Source: Octopus sinensis
Lineage: Eukaryota
Length of the DNA: 64,000 bases
Assembly (NCBI RefSeq): GCF_006345805.1
Contig: NC_043005.1
Location: 90,768,001-90,832,000, forward strand
Direction of reading: 5' to 3'
A model generated the notes under the pieces. That model saw only the letters and a program-made list of their open reading frames with translations. It did not search any database and was not told the DNA's origin. Shown here piece by piece: positions 49,981 to 61,539 of this stretch. Each line of letters begins with the position of its first letter. Position 1 is the first letter of the stretch. Made by a program: the position numbers and the translations under genes.

Positions 49981-50297
49981 AAAAGGAAATGAAGAAAATG
50001 CTGACAAAATAATTTAAGTAAGGGAGAGTGTATTTAATTAGGTGAAAGTTCTTTTTACCGGTTGCGCATTTGTTATGCTTATCAAAAGATATTTTTTAAG
50101 AGAGATAGAGTTCTTTTCTGATAGATTTTTTTCTTAGATAAGAGAAAAAAATCTATCAGAAAAGAACTCTATCTCTCTTAAAAAAATATCTTTTGATAAG
50201 CATAACAAATGCGCAACCGGTAAAAAGAACTTTCACCTAATTAAATACACTCTCCCTTACTTAAATTATTTTGTCAGCATTTTCTTCATTTCCTTTT
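49981..50297. repeat. Near-perfect palindrome: 154/155-bp arms, 8-nt loop
   Basis: 49981-50134 is the reverse complement of 50143-50297 apart from one homopolymer indel; the arm holds a hammerhead-like remnant tttgataa-gcat-aacaa-atgc-gcaac-cgg-ta (50192-50222). Confidence 0.97.
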
Positions 50298-50332
50298 TTT
50301 TATATATCACAACTCGTGTTCCACATCTTTTT

Positions 50333-50372
<40 letters not shown>

Positions 50373-50393
50373 CATCATCATCATCATCATCGT

Positions 50394-50442
<49 letters not shown>

Positions 50443-50450
50443 TATATACA

Positions 50451-50504
<54 letters not shown>

Positions 50505-50514
50505 TATATATACA

Positions 50515-50990
50515 TACATCATCATCATCATCATCATCATTTAGCGTCCGTTTTCCATGCTAGCATGGGTTGGACGGTTCTACTGGGGTCTGTGAAGCCA
50601 GAAGGCTTCATCAGGCCCAGTCAAATCTGGCAGTGTTTCTACGGCTGGATGCCCTTCCTAACGCCAACCACTCCGTGAGTGTAGTGGGTGCTTTTTACGT
50701 GCCACCCGCACTGGTGCCAGACAGAGCTGGCAAACGGCCACGAACGGATGGTGCTTTTTATGTGCCACCGGCACGAGGGCCAGGCGAGGCTGGCAACGGA
50801 CACGAAACGGGGCGGTGCTGGCAACGGTCGCGAAACGGAAAGTTCTCTTACATGCCACCGGCACTGGTAACACATCTGCAATTTCCATTGATCGATTTCG
50901 ATTCTGATCCTCACTTGCCTCAATGGGTCTTCACAAGCAGAGTTTCGACATGCCACCGGCACTGGTAGCACATCCGCAATTTCCATTGAT
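50515..50990 (-). mobile_element. Family C repeat
   Basis: Reverse-complement match with an (ATC)n tail. Confidence 0.85.
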
Positions 50991-51009
50991 CGATACATGT
51001 AATATATAT

Positions 51010-51207
51010 GGGAAGAGTTTACGAAAAAAACAAAAGACGAAGACAGGTGGTGTACAAACAAAACAACAGATGTATTAGTATAACGCTCAGGAATAGAAAA
51101 AGTCTTTTACATTTCGAGCCTACGCTCTTCTACAGAAAGGTACACAGAGAAAACAAGGAGAGAAAAAAAATGTGTGTAGTAGCTAACGATCTATCATGGC
51201 GTCTGAC

Positions 51208-51256
<49 letters not shown>

Positions 51257-51560
51257 CAATTTAATAAATAAAACATATGCATGCATACATACATATATGT
51301 ACATACCTACATTTATATGTATATATACATGCATATATGAGTACAGGACACCACAAATAAACATAGAACACAACGAGAAACGAAAACATAAAATCAAACA
51401 AGGAAACGGACTTTTTTTAACAACAAAAAAACAGAGTACAAGACAAACAATACAAGGAATATTCCCCTTCATCAGCTACCCCTGTTTCGACTCAATGCGT
51501 GTTTTGAAGGTAAGGGCAGAACACGATCCGGCCGAAGCAGTCCTTCCTGCAAAATGAATT
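51010..51560 (-). mobile_element. Penelope-type terminal repeat fragments
   Basis: ctgtagaa-gagc-gtag-gctc-gaaat hammerhead-like remnant near 51110-51135; ctgatgaagggg motif near 51475. Confidence 0.45.
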
Positions 51561-51619
51561 AAATGAAATTCTTTTGCAGAGGGGTAAAAAAAAAAAAAAA
51601 AGTGACAAGAACAGGACAT

Positions 51620-51845
51620 AAAAGCAATTCCTACTTAGAATCATCGTAAATGATGAAAAGTGGATTCTGGGTTCTCTATAATCACATTCAATAAGAACAA
51701 CAATGGTTAGCACCCAATGAAAGAGGAGAATCCATTCCCTAAATAGGGCTACACTCAGATAAAATATGCTCTGTGTTTGATGGGATATGAAAAGTGTCAT
51801 CTTTCATGAAGTATTAAACCAAAATGAAACAGTTAATGCAGGGAT
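51620..51845 (+). mobile_element. Decayed mariner transposase fragment
   Basis: FLLRIIVNDEKWIL...QQWLAPNE...WDMKSVIFHEVLNQNETVNA resembles the TGDEKW...WWD region. Confidence 0.7.
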
Positions 51846-54102
51846 TGGAATCTCCTATTTACCCACCTACTGATATGTTTAAATAACATTGTAAATGAAT
51901 AATGAGTGGAATAGTATCGGTAAATACCTTCATATGCATTTGTTAGTTATTTGATAGATGCAGGCATGGCTATGTAATTACGAAGTTCATTTTGCAACTA
52001 TATGATCTCCAGTTCGGTTCCACCTGCACGGCATTTGATCACGTGTCTTCTACAAATGTCTAGGAAACTGAGCAGAAGGCTTAAGTATGGAGAGAACCAA
52101 TGACCCTGTGGCTGCAAAAAGGATTGTTCACTATTTGGCTATACTGCACCCCTGTCTGTCTATCTATCTACCTACCTACCTATCGGTTTTTGGATCAGAT
52201 CAAAGAGTTGTGTATACATATATGCAGAGGTGGACACCGTTAATTGAAAAGTGAACTTTATTAATTCTTTTATTGAAAAAAGGCATAACTACAGTTTACT
52301 CGCCGACTTTGTTGCCTCCTAACTTCCAGAAAAATAGATATCGTTTAACGAAATTTTCACCAAATAATCACTTATATCATGTAGATTAGGTGTATATAAA
52401 GATTTGTTGGAAAAAAATTTTCTGAGGGGTAGGGGAGAGGAGTTTCGAAAACTTCACAGGACCCGTGACTTTCTGGAAAATCGGTATTTTTAATGAAAAT
52501 TTATACAAATACCTTTCAAACTGTAGATTACGACTACAAAGAAATTTGCAGGCAAAATGTTTAGAAGAGGACGGGGGGGAGGAGTTTCGGATCAGACGGC
52601 CCACATAAGTTGGAATTTCTCCGTTATGATGGGGATTTTTTCCAATTTTTTCACCAAAGTCTTCAGAATGATGGGAGGTACCTTTTTTACGAAAAAAAAA
52701 TTTGAAAATTTGTGTTTTTTCACTCACGTTATGCCCTCACCACCCCAGTCCGAAACGATTTTTTTTTTCACTACACACTTTCGGTTTAATAAAAATTAAT
52801 AATTTCAGAGGAAAATGTGTGATTTAAGGGAGATCTGGCTGTTGTTTCTAGCACATCCCAAAACCTCCTGCCTCGTTTCTTTCTCATTCACCCATCTATT
52901 GATATTTCCCCATATAGCGGCAGTACCATCGCCAACGATAACAAGCAGTACAGCATGTCATTTCCAAATTTCTGGCTGAGTGAATTGCATCCTGGTGCTG
53001 TTTTTCTCACAGACGGTGCCCAACTGACCCTATTATACTGTGTAGTCAACAAAATCAAAAACTAACAATGCGCATGCGCGAAATTAAAAATATAAAATGT
53101 CGACAATTTACTCATTGCATCCTGCGCACGCGCACACACACACACAAATATATCCCAGTTTATATAGAACAATATATTAATCAATGAAATGCCAACAGCC
53201 TGATTTCCACGTTTTATTTGTAATTTTTACAATTTTACAATATTGAAATAAGCTAGTACTTTCATGCGTTACGCAATCGTCAGGTTTATGAAGTGACAGT
53301 CGTGTTCCACAATTAACTGTCACAGTTGTCAATTAGAGCTTTGCTCTAAGCATCCAGAAGATTCCCGTATCCTCACGGGATACAAACTTATTCAAATTTA
53401 CAATCTTTATTTACAAATGAATTGGATTATGTTTTAAAGCAATCTGTAGGAATACCAGATGTGATATTATCTAGACATTCATAAAACTGCATGGACGACT
53501 TAATCGAATATATTCTTTTAAAAAAATTAACTTCATTCAAAAAAGAAATCATGATATTTGCTTCATCATAGCAATTTTGTTGATTTTTTCAATGTAAATA
53601 CATCGGAAATAACCGTACTTTAAAGGTTAGTTTCACCAAGCTATTATCATGTTATTACAAAGCATTTTGTAAATGCAAATATGCTGTGTAGTGGAATATA
53701 TAATTCACTTTTGTCGTTTCTTTTTGTCGAAGTAATACCACATTGTAACGGATGCATTGAATCTGAAGATGATTCTATAAAGAAAAGCAAATTGCGATTA
53801 TATAAAAGCTGGTCCTGCACTCTCTTTAACTTAGATTTTATTCTGAAAAAGATTGGGTGGGGGGAGATAATAAGTATGTTATCATACAAAAGAAAAGAAA
53901 AATTGATTATAACATATGCTTTACAATGTAAATAATGTAGTTACAATACCTTCGTTAACATTAAACACCAACACCTGATGATTGTTATCTAGATTCAGAG
54001 AAACAAGTGCAATTATTGCAAATAGAAATGAGACTAATAAATACAGAAAAGCAATAATTACTGCCTACATAACAGTGGTAACCAATGTAAAGTCAAAAGT
54101 GG

Positions 54103-55176
54103 TGTAGCTGCAGCATATCTGATATCCTCACTGTTTGAGAGACACATTAAGAATGATCTCGTTTGAGATTACAACCATCTTTGGCTAGTTTGAACCTGTT
54201 GTGTCCTCTACTCTGACTGGTTGGCATTTGGCGCGGTTTGTCTCTCGACTTATTTCGCGCCAGTGTGTAAGCTAACCAATCACGGCCTTTGGATAAGGTC
54301 TCGTGACACTGTTTTTCAGATGCCCTGTATGAGCCTATCACTGGCTTTAAAAGGCGTCAGCATTCACTATTCTAGGTCTTTTGGCTTTAGATCTTCTGAG
54401 GTCTAGTCACTGACCACAGAGCTACTCAGCCATGTTCCAGTTCGAGCGACAGATGACCAGTCAGCCAGACAGCCCTGTTACTGCTCCAGCCATGAAGACG
54501 CTATTATACACCAGCGACAGACAGGACGTTCTCCATCTCCTCCGCCGTCATCACCACCGTCATACTTCAACTTTACGTCGTCTCCACCACCGTAAACTTC
54601 AAATATGTACACATCAGCAGCTACGCAGGTTTAAGCTCACGCTGTTTGTGAATATTTCACCGAGTTAAAACAGTTACAGTCTACCTGAAAGAACTATCTG
54701 CATCAAGAGACTCGGCACGACATGATAGCCACAATTTCTACACGTGTAGTAACCGGCCTCTGCCACGTGACCCCCAACATCTTGTTATAGAACTCTTGCT
54801 ATCATGTACCTCACTTACGAACTGGTAAACAAATTCCATCTTAACTCATTATGCTGAGAGGCTTAACTAATGCTCTGTATTTCTGTTATATGCGTACACC
54901 ATTATTTGTACCTTCTGTCGCACACGCAGACACAAATACTTGTCGCACGCATTCAGACACAACGCTACGCAAGCACCAATACATTATCTCTGTATACTTT
55001 GTAAATAAAGTCTTCTTCTCTCTCAAACAGTAGAACGGTTGTCATCCTTCATTCATTTCGTTTGGCACTGTATTTTATATCATGTATTTGGCTTCATATT
55101 TTGTTAGGGGCGACTGTGCGGCGTTCGAAAGGAGACATTTGTCACGAACTCCTTACGTACGGTCGTATTCCCTACA
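54103..55176 (+). mobile_element. Solo-LTR-like unit
   Basis: TGTAG...CTACA ends; CCAAT 54276, TTTAAAA 54346, AATAAA 55004; CpG-rich; no clear TSD. Confidence 0.45.
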
Positions 55177-55506
55177 TAGTCAACTGTTATATTCCGTGAT
55201 TATCTAATTGCAAAAAGAAAAAAATGTTCAACTTTACACGAACGAACGATGAGGTACGACCTCATGACAGCTAAGCTAACGACGATTGTAAGGTCGTTAT
55301 TGCAATCTCTGATATACAAGGTGGTATATACACATCAGCATCTACAAAGGTTTAAGCTCACGCTGTTTGTGAATATTTCACCGAGTTAAAACAGTTACAG
55401 TCTACCTGAAAGAACTATCTGCATCAAGAGACTCGGCACGGCATGATAGCCACAACATCTACACGTGTAGTAACCGGCCTCTGCCACGTGACCCCCAACA
55501 TCTTGT
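54608..55506 (+). repeat. 178-bp direct repeat pair (54608-54785 and 55329-55506)
   Basis: About 6 mismatches in 178 bp by eye; each copy carries two CACGTG motifs. Confidence 0.95.
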
Positions 55507-56616
55507 AATTCACAAATGTAAGCCATAATGAACAAAATGTACTTTGAAGATTGAATCGGTTTTCATGGTTTCAAAATCGTGGATCTTCTCTGTCACTAAA
55601 TAGAAAGAGTCATAAATAATACGAAAACAAATTTCTGATGCTTCAAGGTCAGTTATAGAACAATCTTTGTAACTGAAGGTGGTGTCTCGAAAGTAACAGT
55701 GACGTCAAAAATGAAACGTCATCAAAAGCTTTCAATAATTTGTTCAGGGAAAATATACTAAAAATTTCTGATAGTGTAAAGATTAAAAAAGAAAAAGAAA
55801 AAACTGAGCAAATTCGTACACCAGTTAGCATATGGATGAAGCTATGGATTTCGACAATTACGCTGGAAGTGTTAAACATTCACTCGAGAAAGTCTTTGAA
55901 ATTTTTACTCTGCTAGCAATCGTTTTTCTTTTCAATCAACTGGTAATCTGTGAACGCAAAGTCAACGAGATCAAACAAGAGGTTGTGTTTGCCAGTTTCC
56001 TCCTCGCCACATTTGCTGTCCTAAATATGTGTGTTTTGACGTTATTAATTATTCAAACAACACAGAACGAAGGTATTTATTTCCAAAATAATGAATTACG
56101 ATCACAGATGCATAGGGGTTAACTACACGAGAGAGCAAGAAAACAATATCTTGTTAAGATTAAGACAAGTTTTGGTATATTTCTACTTGCGAAGTAATAA
56201 CTGCAGTAAAAGAAAGAGTATGCTATTGCAATGCTTCGAATTAATTGGGTAGATCAACATAATTGTTAATGTTTATAATGGTATTAAAGTAATTTTGAAC
56301 TCTTCCTTTGGATTACTTATTCTACGTACAGAAGTTCTAAATATAAATGAAATCTAATTCCATATAGAATTTTGCTTTGACGCCGCTTTTTCTGTCTCTT
56401 CTTGATCATTTATGGCACAGTAGTGTAGCAATTATTTAGAAGAAGGAATTTAAACTAAAGAAAATGTTAAAGAAAATAGTTCTGTACAAAATTATCTCTG
56501 ATTGCGACACTGATTAAAATATATTATATTAGCAACCTAACGAAGGTTACATATTCATCAAATGTGATATGTAATACTTATTTTGGATTAATTTGTGTGT
56601 ATATCTGAAGAGTTGT

Positions 56617-56940
56617 GAAGGCGCGTGACTTAGCGGTTACGGGCATTCGATTTACTATCGTAAGGTCGTGAGTTCAATTCCTGGCGACGCGTTGTGTCCT
56701 CCTACAAGATACTGTTTCACGTTGCTCCAATCCACTTAGCTTGCAAAAATGAGTAGTATCAGTATTCCATAGGGCCAGCCTTGTCACACTCTGTGTCATG
56801 CTGAATCTCCTTGAGAACTACATTAAGGGTACACGTGTTTTGTGGAGTGCTCAGCCACTTACTCGTTAATTTCACCAGCAGGTTGTTCTGTTGATCATAT
56901 CAGCTGGAACCCTTGTCGTCGTAACCGACGGTGCCAGTTA
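56617..56940 (+). mobile_element. tRNA-derived SINE family E (minus-strand relative at about 2005-2300)
   Basis: ggcgcgtgacttagcggtt...gagttcaattcc head; tail ...gtcgtaaccgacg shared with the reverse complement of 2005-2300. Confidence 0.75.
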
Positions 56941-56987
56941 TAACTGAAGAGTGGAACATCAGATTAAATTCCTTGCAATATATTACA

Positions 56988-57360
56988 GGCGCAGGAGTGG
57001 CTGTGTGGTTAAGTAGCTTGCTTACCAACTACAAGGTTCTGGGTTCAGTCCCCCTGCGTGGAACCTTGGGAAAGTGTCTTCTACTATAGCCTCGGACCGA
57101 CCAAAGCCTCGTGAGTGTATTTTGTAGACGGAAACTGAAAGAAGCCCGTCGTATATATGTATGTATGTGTGTGTATATGTTTGTGTGTCTGTGTTTGTTC
57201 CCCCAACATCGCTTGATGCTGGTGTGTTTACGTCCCCGTAACTTAACGGTTCGGCAAAAGAAACCGATAGAATAAGTACTAAGCTTACAAAGAATAAGTT
57301 CTGGGGTCGATTTGCTCGACTAAAGGCAGGGCTCCAGCATGGCCGCAGTCAAATGACTAG
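56988..57360 (+). mobile_element. SINE family B
   Basis: Family B match; CpGs retained. Confidence 0.9.
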
Positions 57361-57424
57361 TAGTCTAGTATATATGTATTTCTTCATATGTATGTATGTA
57401 TGTTATGTCAGGTCACTTTCGAGT

Positions 57425-57825
57425 GCTACTGGTAACATGTAACCCAGTACAACCAGTACACTTGCTTGGTGAGGAGGGTGTTTATTGGACACCCTGCTGG
57501 ATGAAAAACAAAACCAGTCAAAGGGCAGAGGAACTCTTGAGAGTCAACGGCCATCCAATAAATGTGTAATTTTTTTTTTCTTCTTAAGGCTTCATGCGCG
57601 GGGACATAGAAATAATCGGACTGAATACCCGATCGCGCGGCTAAACCATTGGAAGTGAAGGACTCCTAGGAGAAGGTAACTCAGGTAACTGGGATAACTC
57701 CGACATAAAACCTACGGCTCAGTGGTTACCGATGATGTTGACTTGTTCTTCTTTTCGGATTATGGCAGCTGTTGCTTAGTGAGTGGGATTGACTCTGTGC
57801 ACAGCCTTTCCTCACTTTAAAAAAA
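57425..57825 (+). mobile_element. Probable 5'-region fragment of an RTE-type LINE
   Basis: GC-richer block (gggataactccgacataaaacc...gtggttaccgatgatg) recalled as an octopus RTE 5' region; not verified. Confidence 0.3.
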
Positions 57826-58069
57826 TCTTCCTGCACAGGCATTGCACGGTAACAACATTGTTCATGGTGCTGTGAGTCTCAACTGAATGGCTGGCTGTAG
57901 CCTTAAAAAGCAAATAAAAGTCACATTCGATCACAGCACCAATAACAGTTAAGCTTCGTGCAATGGCCATACTCGATAACGAGGGGGCAGCCATCATGTA
58001 TGTATGTATGTATGTATGTATGTATGTATGTATGTGTGTGTAGTTCACTTGTTAATAGAATCAGCGAAA

Positions 58070-58900
58070 AAGTACTCACTGTAGCGACAGACGAATAGCA
58101 TTTAATGAATGCGGGCCATTTCAAGTTTATTTCTCGGGTAGGGCGATAAATGGACGGGCTTGTTTTACGTACGGTCTACTATTCGTTTATGATTCAAGCT
58201 ACACTGCGAGAAAACTCGAGAAAAAATACTTCAAATATATACAATGTCGATAGTTCAGTTACTGCAGTATTTATCCTGAGAGAACATTCCTTATGGACGT
58301 ACGGTATTAAAAGAAACAATAAATATAATGAGATGAAACGGCTAGAGGGAATGCCCAACCTTTTGGGACCTTTTCAGTGGCATGTACCAGTAGCCAGCCA
58401 CATACTCCAATGAGAATTCGTCGCTTCGGGCGTAGGAAAAAGTGAATAAAATATTCACTGATATTGCAAATAAGCGCCCGTCTGAATAAAACTCCTGTAT
58501 ACGCATTTGAGGCAGTTGTAAACGAAAATAGCCATCTGTGACTCATACAATGCCAATAGGGAGGTTACTGCAGTATTTATCCAAAGAGAACATCTCTTAT
58601 GGACGTGTTGTTAAAAAAAAAAAGAGAACATGTCAGGAGACGAAAATACGCCCCAGTTGTGGTCAACGAGGATGCGGGATGATAGATTTCGCTCTTGTCT
58701 AGCAATTCCCAATGGTGCTTGCTCGCAATTATTCACATTGTTGGACGAGATTTCGTCGCCTTTGATACAGAAAAAAGTATCAGAGGCAACATTTACTTTG
58801 TTGTAACACAGCACATCCATAAAAGATGTTCTCCCAGGAACAATTTTGCAGTAACTCTCTATCGACAGTTTGTATACATTAATGTGATATATAAATGACT
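58070..58900. mobile_element. Cluster of Tc1/maT-like transposon ends
   Basis: Three copies of gttactgcag...gagaacat..ttatgga.gt (ends about 58305, 58610 and inverted at about 58803); FEAVVNENSHL-like C-terminal remnant. Confidence 0.45.
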
Positions 58901-59329
58901 ATTTTCAATTAATATTGCCTTATTTAAGTGAAAAACGATTTCTATTTAGTCGGGCAGCTATTCGCAAAATTAATATACAAATATCCAAAGCTTTATACTT
59001 AAATATTCATCGTCTGAAAATCTTGTCTTTGCTTTCTTTCTGTTTACACGTATTCTCATTTAGATATATATTGTATATCAAACCCAAGCTGTTATATCTA
59101 ATCTATTCTTCCACATAATTACCTGCATGCATACATACATACATACATACATACATACATACATACATACATACATACATACATACATACATACATACAT
59201 AGTTATAGAAGAAACCGTGACTACAAAATTCAATTTGGTGTTATGAATTGAAAAGTGATTTATTTTAATGTCATAAAAAAGCGAAAGAAAAATCCGCTGT
59301 TGGATATATGAACAGACTGAAATCATTCT

Positions 59330-59652
59330 GGGGCGATCTGCATCCAGAACTAAATCATTTTACTGCGAAACAATTACGCCAACAAGCAACATTTGTGGAA
59401 GATCGGAAGAAAGTCAGTGAATGTAACTTTATTTGAAAGATCAGAAACAAACCTTCTCCAAAACAATACAAAATAAAACGTAGACAATGACAGTGCCATC
59501 GTGAGTTTTGAGAGAGAAAATCAATAAACAAAGAGTTTAACCGGAACCGAGCAACAGTGTACAGAGACATGAGAGGAGAAGCAGTGAACATCATAGAAGC
59601 TTCTTCACGAGAAGACATAGACTCTTTCTGGGGCAAAATTTGGAGCGAAGAG
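59330..59652 (+). mobile_element. R4/Dong-like N-terminal and pre-RT fragments
   Basis: LHPELNHFTAKQLRQQA and INKEFNRNRATVYRDMRG...DIDSFWGKIW. Confidence 0.65.
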
Positions 59653-59655
59653 ATG

Positions 59656-59706
<51 letters not shown>

Positions 59707-60229
59707 TGCGTGCGTGTATACACACACACATTCGTAATTGTCAACATGGAAAACCTCTTACCCTGAAGATGAAGAAATTGTCAAATAATGGGTATTATAT
59801 CCATTTATTTTTCCCCCGCAACGAACCCCCAGAAACAGCTGTTGGTATCCTACTTTAACTAATTTTAACTATCCCGAATTTTAACTTCCCCCCTCGTTGT
59901 ATCTTTTAGTTCGTTTCTATCACCACTTCAGACTTCCTCCAATGTTTTTACCTGTACACGCATGTTTTAACGTTTTTATATCTACATCAGGAGATTCTTT
60001 AAAATTTATTACTTTACACATATATATTTTTAATATTATTATTTGATTGAATGCAACGCATCCACTTCCAACTAAGTTTATCTTAATCTTTTTGATGCGA
60101 CTCTCTACTCTCTACTTATCTTCTTATGGGATACCGTTTTTATATTTATTCCACTGACCTTGACTACCTACTACTTCTGTCATTAACCATTTCCTCTTTG
60201 TCGACTCAAAGGAATTTCTTTTACAATTT

Positions 60230-61400
60230 CAAGTGGCCTGATGCTGCTATCTCTGCTGTTTATTTTCCTTCAATTTCAGGACAGCAAGCCTTCAAATGAC
60301 CTTTTAGTTCTGTAGGCAACGCTATTTGAAGCAGGTTCGTAGCCCGCAAAATATCCGTTGGGAATCAACGACAGTTATCTCTCCTGTCGAATTTTATAGA
60401 ACATCCCAAGCGAACTTGGTCAGCTCCCCCTTTGCTAGTATACAAGGCGTAACCGCTAAACGACACACAGGAGAGTGTTAGAAGCATATCGCCTACTTAA
60501 AAGCGTATTCCAATTGAATTTTCTCTCTTTTTCTCTACGACACGATAAGGCCAACTTCGGAGAGAGACAAGCACACGGATATCCTTTCCTACCAACAACT
60601 CGCTATGGTATTCTACGCCTAGTGCCCGTCTGAAAGTAAATTTTGTAGTTTGAATTCCTTCTATTTTCTCATTGTCATCGTGGAACATGGCAAGATGTTC
60701 AGAACTTTTTTCTTCGTCCCAGATAACTTTATTGAACATTGTGTACTCACGGTATGAGATGGTTTCTTAAGCATAAAACCTTGGACACGAAGTTGTTCAT
60801 ACAGGGACACGAGTGTTGTTGTCACTTACTGCACCAGAGAAATCCATAGCCGTTGGATTAATGACTCAGTCCAATTATTAAAGTGTTGACGTTTTCATTA
60901 GCGACATCCTCGCCAAAGTTTCAAACATATGGCAGTTGGGCTTTTTCCATGCAGTACAAGTTTCATTGTTTTCCTTTCTACACCCACGACGGGTAGCAAC
61001 TCCAGAACACCTTATATTTTGGGCGGGGGGTGGAGACATTAAGACTTAGATGTCCATTCAGAACCCACTCGACCAAATGTCATTCTAGTCATCTCAGTGT
61101 TCATCATCTACTCGTGGTGACGAACCAAGAGTCAATATCAACTCCATTATAATCCACCCTGTAACTCTTGTTATACTGTCCCATGTGTTGATCACGTCCT
61201 CAGATTTGAAAACCAGGTATTCGAACTCATAAGCCATACCCCAATCGATATAAACGATATCACCCCTTACAGCTTTGAGGGCACAAGAAAAAATCTGCGT
61301 TTTAGAGATGTAGATATATGAGCTCCTTCTTGCGGTCTCAAGCAAGGTTGTGCTTTCTTTGGCAACATATTTCTGTCACGTAGACCTCTTTTCTAGGCCA
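60230..61400 (-). mobile_element. Highly decayed non-LTR retrotransposon sequence
   Basis: DIVYIDWGMAYE resembles the RT motif (YID..KA.D); otherwise many stops. Confidence 0.35.
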
Positions 61401-61539
61401 GTTGTGTTCAGCACCTATTGCTAGCAACATTATTTAAAAAAATTACTGTCAGTCGTTTCTGTATTGCACAAAGTAATATTGTCGTATATTGAAATTAGCT
61501 TGTTTCTTCGTTTGGCAAATTAGCTACATTAGTATTGCC

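Noticed and set aside
51455-51500. GAAAC...GTA g CTGATGA on the minus strand as a type II hammerhead
   Set aside because: Only one base separates the cleavage site from the core, so stem I cannot form, and no stem II partner follows.
53647-53935. Overlapping 80-84 aa ORFs
   Set aside because: No convincing splice sites or homology recognisable by eye.
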